Source: Lepidodermella squamata (lineage: Eukaryota > Animalia > Gastrotricha). From it: DNA of 64,000 nucleotides. The stretch is taken from NCBI GenBank assembly GCA_047495785.1, contig JBLDXI010000004.1:2294001-2358000 (forward strand), in the 5' to 3' direction. Made by a program: the position numbers and the translations under genes. Below, one piece after another: positions 58,701 through 64,000 of this stretch. The notes under the pieces were generated by a model that was given only the letters and a program-made list of their open reading frames with translations, was not told the DNA's origin and did not search any database. Position 1 is the stretch's first letter; each line of letters begins with the position of its first letter.

Positions 58701-61153
58701 TCCTTGGTTTGTCGTAGAAATTCGATCTTAAACACTTATTCTACTAAGATCTGTCCGTTATCAAGTGAAAAGTGGCGAAATTGTTTATATCATGCGATTT
58801 TGCTGCGACTTTAAAAGAAGCGTTGATCGGTATCAAAAATAGGTCGATAGTCATCAGGGTTGCTGAGAAAGTGTGATTCAAAGTTCACGAGCGAAAAATG
58901 CTAATTTCGAAAAATACGCCCTCAGGTTTTTATTGCAAGAAGTGACATGAGAGACACAGAGTGACACAGAATTCCCATGTGACGTAGATAGGACGCCGCA
59001 CTAACAGGTTTTCGGACACGAAAAACTGAAGTCAGACTAATAAGGGGCAAAGTTCGTTTCAAATTTAATGAGATGAATCATGTCATTAATTTCCACCAAA
59101 TATTTATTGTGCTATTTATGTGTTTTTGAGCAGATGCTGCCATTTCATCAGCTCAATTCTTCTTTAATGATGCATCTCCTCTTTGTAGCGTCTCGGAAAC
59201 CGCGCCAAATCACTACTTTTTGCGATCTTTGAAACTTGAACTAATTAATTTTAAAATTTAAATTATTAAACAAATTCGAATTGAGCCCCGTCATTTTACT
59301 TTTTAGCAAAATATTCTGAATAATAATGAGGAAAAAAGTGAACACCTCTGCATGTCTGTCAGCGTGCTCTGAGGGCGGCGTCCTATCTACGTCACATGAG
59401 ATTTCCAAGTATCATCCCTCGAAAGAAAATGCAGATATGAATTTTTACTAGTTAAACATTTTTGAACTTCTCACTCATGCCCGTAAAAATAAATGAATAC
59501 GAACTCACATTTCCACAGAGACCGTACTTAGCTTCCGAGCATGATGCGTCCATGAAACCAGTAGACTGCAGGATCACACCTATAGGGCAATTTAATAAAA
59601 TTTATTGCAAAATTTGTGAATTGAGCCAACTCACACGGGCCGTAGTTTTTCGGGCTGTTGTCAACTTCCCAGAATAGCGAATCAATCGCAACGAGAGTGC
59701 CATCTTCCCACGTGAAATCGGCCATCACGCCGATATGGGCGGGCAATAGAGAGAGTTGGGTGGCCGCCGTTAAATCAGCCAGTGATGAGAAAGTCGCCAA
59801 ACGGGCGCCTGGTATCGCATTACAGGCTTGCAATTGCTGACGGAAATAGCCACTCTCCAAACCGGAGAGGAAATACTTTGGAAGAGGCTTCAGGTCATTC
59901 AAACACGCTGCGTAGCTGTCGGCAAATTTTGTCGAGTTCGAATAAAAGTTCAGCTTTAGAAAAGAATTTCTGAATGCATCTTTAATAATGAAGATTCGAG
60001 AGCTGACCTGAGTCGTTCCGTCCGGACAAGTGTTGTAGCATTTCTTCCCGTTTGTCGTGTTGCATTGAGCAGCATACTATAGAACAATTTGAAAAATTTC
60101 GTCTCATTCAATAAAAAAGTTAATGCTCCGATTACCCCCGATAAGCAGTTGGCTTTGTTTCGAAAGGTACCAGTGGAGAACTCGGCAGTTTCATTGGCGA
60201 TGCAACGCGATGTGCTCAATCGGCAGGCAGTGAATTCGCGAGTGACAGCGTTAAAGCATCGGATGTGCGGCTTTGCAGAGTCAGCGACATCATCTACAAT
60301 AAATGCCTTATTCCAATAAAAAAAGATATGAAACTCCACTTACTGCTGAAACTTTTCAGACAGGCGTCCAAGCTCGAGAACCCAGTAGCATTTTTCGCCT
60401 AATTATTACGAAATTCAGGATAAAATTCGGCTTAAAATTATTCGCTACTCACCCCTTTAGGGCAAGTAAATGCGCTGGGCACGCAAGTCGCGAACTGTTG
60501 GTCGACACACGAGTCAAACTTTTGATTCTATAAATGGAACATTCGTCATTATTTTCCAAAAATATGAGTAATGTCAAACAAGGATTGTTCAACCTGAAAT
60601 GAGTTCAAATCCTTGATACACGCCGCCAGATTTCCTCTGAATGGACGAACGCCGTTGTAGGGTCCAGCAACCTAGGAATAATCAAATATAACCAATAAGG
60701 AAAAGCAATATTCTTGGATTTTTGGAACTTGGATAATGGATTAAAATTATAAATTTACTAACCATGAGTTCGTTCGTTTTCCCGCACCCGGGAATGCCAG
60801 GTCGGCAACTCGCAGCGTAATTAGCAAATTTGTAACACAACCTCGCAGTCTGCAATGAAGAATGAAATTTCAAACATTTCCTAACATGAAAATAATCCTA
60901 TACCGCTTGGAGGCACGTTGATTTGTCAGAAATTTTGTCACCAAGCTGTTTCACAAAAAAGCATGATTAATCGCTCATCAAAAATTAAACGCCATCTCAC
61001 CTGGTATTCGCGCAATCGATCACAGCCGTTTGGTAGTTCGCGACAGTCGGTGAACGTGTCATCCAACTGCGAAAAACAGCGAGCCCAGTCGCCGCATCGC
61101 ACTTCGTTAAACGAAGTGAAAATTAGGACGGTAAATGGCAATAATAATTGCAT
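55793..61153 (-). CDS. Secreted five four-Cys repeats + two CTLD protein (copy G, 12 exons, apparently intact)
   Basis: Approximate exons 61153-61001, 60945-60904, 60849-60763, 60671-60594, 60527-60453, 60398-60344, 60293-60136, 60076-60008, 59953-59635, 59578-59508, 56200-55945, 55878-55793; sizes and phases match copy B; ends CERIQG-stop. Confidence 0.86.
56231..58686. mobile_element. hAT non-autonomous element in intron 10 of copy G
   Basis: TIRs TAGAGCTGTGCCGGTCC / GGACCGGCACAGCTCTA, subterminal GGTTAACC and GGACCG repeats, TSD AGTACGAC/AGCACGAC. Confidence 0.88.
56395..57970. mobile_element. CACTG-ended (CACTA/EnSpm-like) element nested in the hAT element
   Basis: TA-CACTGTAAAAAATAGGG ... 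CCCTATTTTTTACAGTG-TA with ATTACC/GGTAAT subterminal repeats. Confidence 0.82.
58974..59400. mobile_element. MITE
   Basis: CCCATGTGACGTAGATAGGACGCCGC / GCGGCGTCCTATCTACGTCACATGAG; ATT on both flanks. Confidence 0.8.
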
Positions 61154-62179
61154 AATTGCAAAATTTAAATAGCTCTATGGTTGGAATCAATCGTCAACTA
61201 TTATTGCCGCACTTAGACAAATTCAGCAAAATAGTTAAATAAGCAATGAAACTGTTATGTTATTGTTGCGAATTTCGCATTAAAGCAAAAGAATAACAGC
61301 ACTTGAGAATGATTTGAATGCGGACAAGTTGAAAAATGACAAAGATGTAAACTACTGCGCAGAAAAAACATCAGCAGCACGTGGAACCGCCGACCGTGGC
61401 GTCAGCACGGCATCACGGACTAGAAAACTAGCTGTTTTTCTAGTGATGTGGGTGTTTTTTTACACCGGAAACCAGCCCCTTAGAGCTCGTGCCATTTTCC
61501 TTCTGTGATCGCGCGACCAGAATCAGAAATTTAGTTAAAATCCATAGTGCGATCATTTGAGTGTGGTAATTTTTTCTCCGATCAAGTGCTTGCAATTTTT
61601 AGAACGGTCAAAAATCACATGATGCGATCGATAATCGATTTGGGAGCTACGTAACAAAGTTCAAAAAATGTTGTTTTACGAATGCTTTACCGGAAACATG
61701 ACCCGATTCCTTCGCTCTTGTGGCTCTCATCGGGAGTGATAAGGGGCGCTAACAAAAAATAAAAAATGCAATGCTACTGCTTCTTTTTATCTTTTATATT
61801 TTTATTAATGGATTTCATTTTATTAGACAAACAATTTTACTTTTGCAGACACACCTCGAAATCTGAAAGTTTCAGCTTCAGCTTTTTCATGTCGGGCCGT
61901 GAATCGCCACGAGCGATGTTTGGACAATTCACTGCGTTTTTACCTTCATTGAGATGAGCCAAACAGCATAGAAGAATTTCATTTTCGTCGCCAATTATAA
62001 CCGCAAAGACCATTCAGAATAGTAGAATGTATCCTTATTATTGATTTTGCCGAGGGATACTGGCAGCAGACTTTTCAAAGATGTGAGAAAGACATTCGCG
62101 GCTGTTAGACCAATTGAGCTTATCGTCGGTACATTTTCGAGATGAGTAAACATGCCATCTTCATGAGCCTAAATTTCAG

Positions 62180-62275
62180 CCATTTTTCAACCTGGGTCAT
62201 TTTGGCTTTGGTTGGTGTTCACATAGTCCGGCTAATTTTGATGGCTTTTCTCACCTACAAATTTCGTAAGGCTGA
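62180..62275 (+). pseudogene. Decayed GPCR TM fragment
   Basis: FSTWVILALVGVHIVRLILMAFLTYKFRKA parallels FSTWAMALAGLHIFLLILAAFLAYEVRKA of the 33758 receptor. Confidence 0.7.
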
Positions 62276-63007
62276 AGCTCAAATCGGTCTGCTTGTCAGC
62301 AAAAGACCCAAGAATTTGATGCCCCTGTGTTTTCCTGCGAATTTCCGGCTTCCTGTCCTGAATTTCCCTGTTCAATACTTACCAAGTAACAGATTCAGAG
62401 CATTTTCCGGAAATTTGTAGGAAACCACACGTGTGGGCATTTTCTGCCTCGAAATTATCCGACCAAAGGGTCTCCCCTGTGGCTGTTTAGGGTGTTCTTG
62501 CCAGGACCCAAGACCTCTCAACTCTCAGCTTTACAAGACGTGTGCGCAGCTTGGAACCGGCTGCCCACAAGTATTGTCAATAATTCTCATACAGCGTTTC
62601 TGCGATGTCTTAAATCTAAACCGGATGAACTGGTATATCTTACGACCTCTGAGGTGAGGCGCCGAAAACTAACAACTAACCTACAGTACGACCTCCATTA
62701 ATGCAAAGGGTCGGGAGACAAGCGTTTGCAATTACGGAGGGTTTCATTTATAGAGGGCTGTTAAAGAGCTAGCGATGAATCATAAGTGCGTCGCCAAGTT
62801 TTTTTCATAGTTTCTAAGGCGACGATGATTTTAGTGGTTAGCCATTTTTTAAGAAAAGCCGGAAAGAATTCAGTAAACTGCATTGATTTCAATGGGTTGT
62901 AGTATTTGTAAAAGCAAAAACTCGAAAAATCGCGTACGCACAATTTTTTTGATTCGCAATCTTGAACTTATAAAAAACAACGGTCTGTAAAGATTGAGAT
63001 GTTGGGT

Positions 63008-63155
63008 CATAGAGCGAAGTAGGACCGCGGAACTGATAGGGATAAGGAAAGTCGACATAAGGGTCCCCCCTTTGGTCTTTTTCTGAGCTCACCTTGCGGA
63101 CCGATGGAACTGGTAGGGATGATCCCTACCATCCCTAGCGGTACTTCGTTCTCTG
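63008..63155. mobile_element. hAT MITE
   Basis: CATAGAGCGAAGTA ... TACTTCGTTCTCTG with perfect 8-bp TSD TGTTGGGT (63000-63007, 63156-63163). Confidence 0.9.
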
Positions 63156-64000
63156 TGTTGGGTGTTCGGCGAGATGCCACCGCGTGACGCCAAATTAAAA
63201 AGCTGGAAATCCGCCCACAGGGCTGGAATTTTGTTGCTATCGACGCCTGTTTTTTCACCGTAAATAAAAATTAAAGAACTATAATTTTTATTTTGATGAA
63301 AAATAATTTTCCAACAAATAAAATTAACGGGAGACAAAATTGCTTGCAAATACGGAGGTTTTCTTTTTATGGAGGTTGCATTTATAGAGGTAGCAACGCC
63401 CGCCCTAAAAACAGGGAGCGTATGCGGCTATTCAGTGAAGCGCAACGGCGTAAAACGTTCCGGCGGCTTAACCTTGGAGGGCCCTGACTAATTTCCCTCA
63501 TTTGAGTCATTGTCTTCGCAAAAATAAGAATCAGGAAATTATTCGGACAAATATTTAAAAATTCAATTATTTTTGGCCAAAAATCAAATATTTGTCCGTA
63601 ACTTTGCAAAATTACAGCTAACTCAATTTTCCATAATTTTATGAACGGGTTCGACAGCAATAAACTACATTCTTCGTCCAAATTTTCTGTTATTTTCCCG
63701 CACTGGTTATCATCAAGGGCTTTAATGAGTGTGGATCGCAAAAATCAACATATCGAAATATGCTGTTGAAAAAAGAGTTTGATGATAGAAAAAGTATTTT
63801 GATGTTGAAAAAAGTAAATTTGATGTTGAATAAAATGTGACCCAGTAAAGCGCTCCAAATCTCAGTCTTTAAATGGTTTGTTTCTAGATCTCACCCAGCG
63901 GATGAGAATGCGAAGAATGGCAAGAGTTCCGGGACAAGTTTCTCGAGATTTTGCGGCAAGGCTCATTATTAGATTGAAGATCATTTTCCTGATTATTCCA

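Overview
AT-rich eukaryotic DNA, most likely an invertebrate animal (inferred from short GT-AG introns, class C GPCR, C-type lectin domains and Penelope/hAT/Tc1 elements); the species cannot be determined. The ORF track fragments most genes because they are spliced, so gene models were rebuilt by hand from splice signals and exon-by-exon paralog comparison. The window is dominated by a birth-and-death cluster of secreted proteins: signal peptide + five copies of a ~40-aa four-cysteine module I do not recognise + two divergent C-type lectin-like domains. Three copies look intact (3617-7000 +, 39133-51890 -, 55793-61153 -). There are also two divergent paralogs, several pseudogenes/orphan exons, and a 96-aa single-module gene (30373-30777 -) absent from the ORF track. 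Also present: three tandem NmrA-like genes plus two fragments, a two-exon GABA-B-like class C GPCR plus dispersed fragments, an intronless GT32 glycosyltransferase broken by two MITEs, a P450 fragment between inverted repeats, a Penelope retroelement with a minimal hammerhead ribozyme, a decayed LINE and many MITEs (hAT, Mutator-like, Tc1/TA-targeting, CACTG-ended). Notable structures: a 136-bp-arm palindrome built from a lectin exon, and a paralog-specific intron flanked by a 6-bp duplication that suggests intron gain by insertion.
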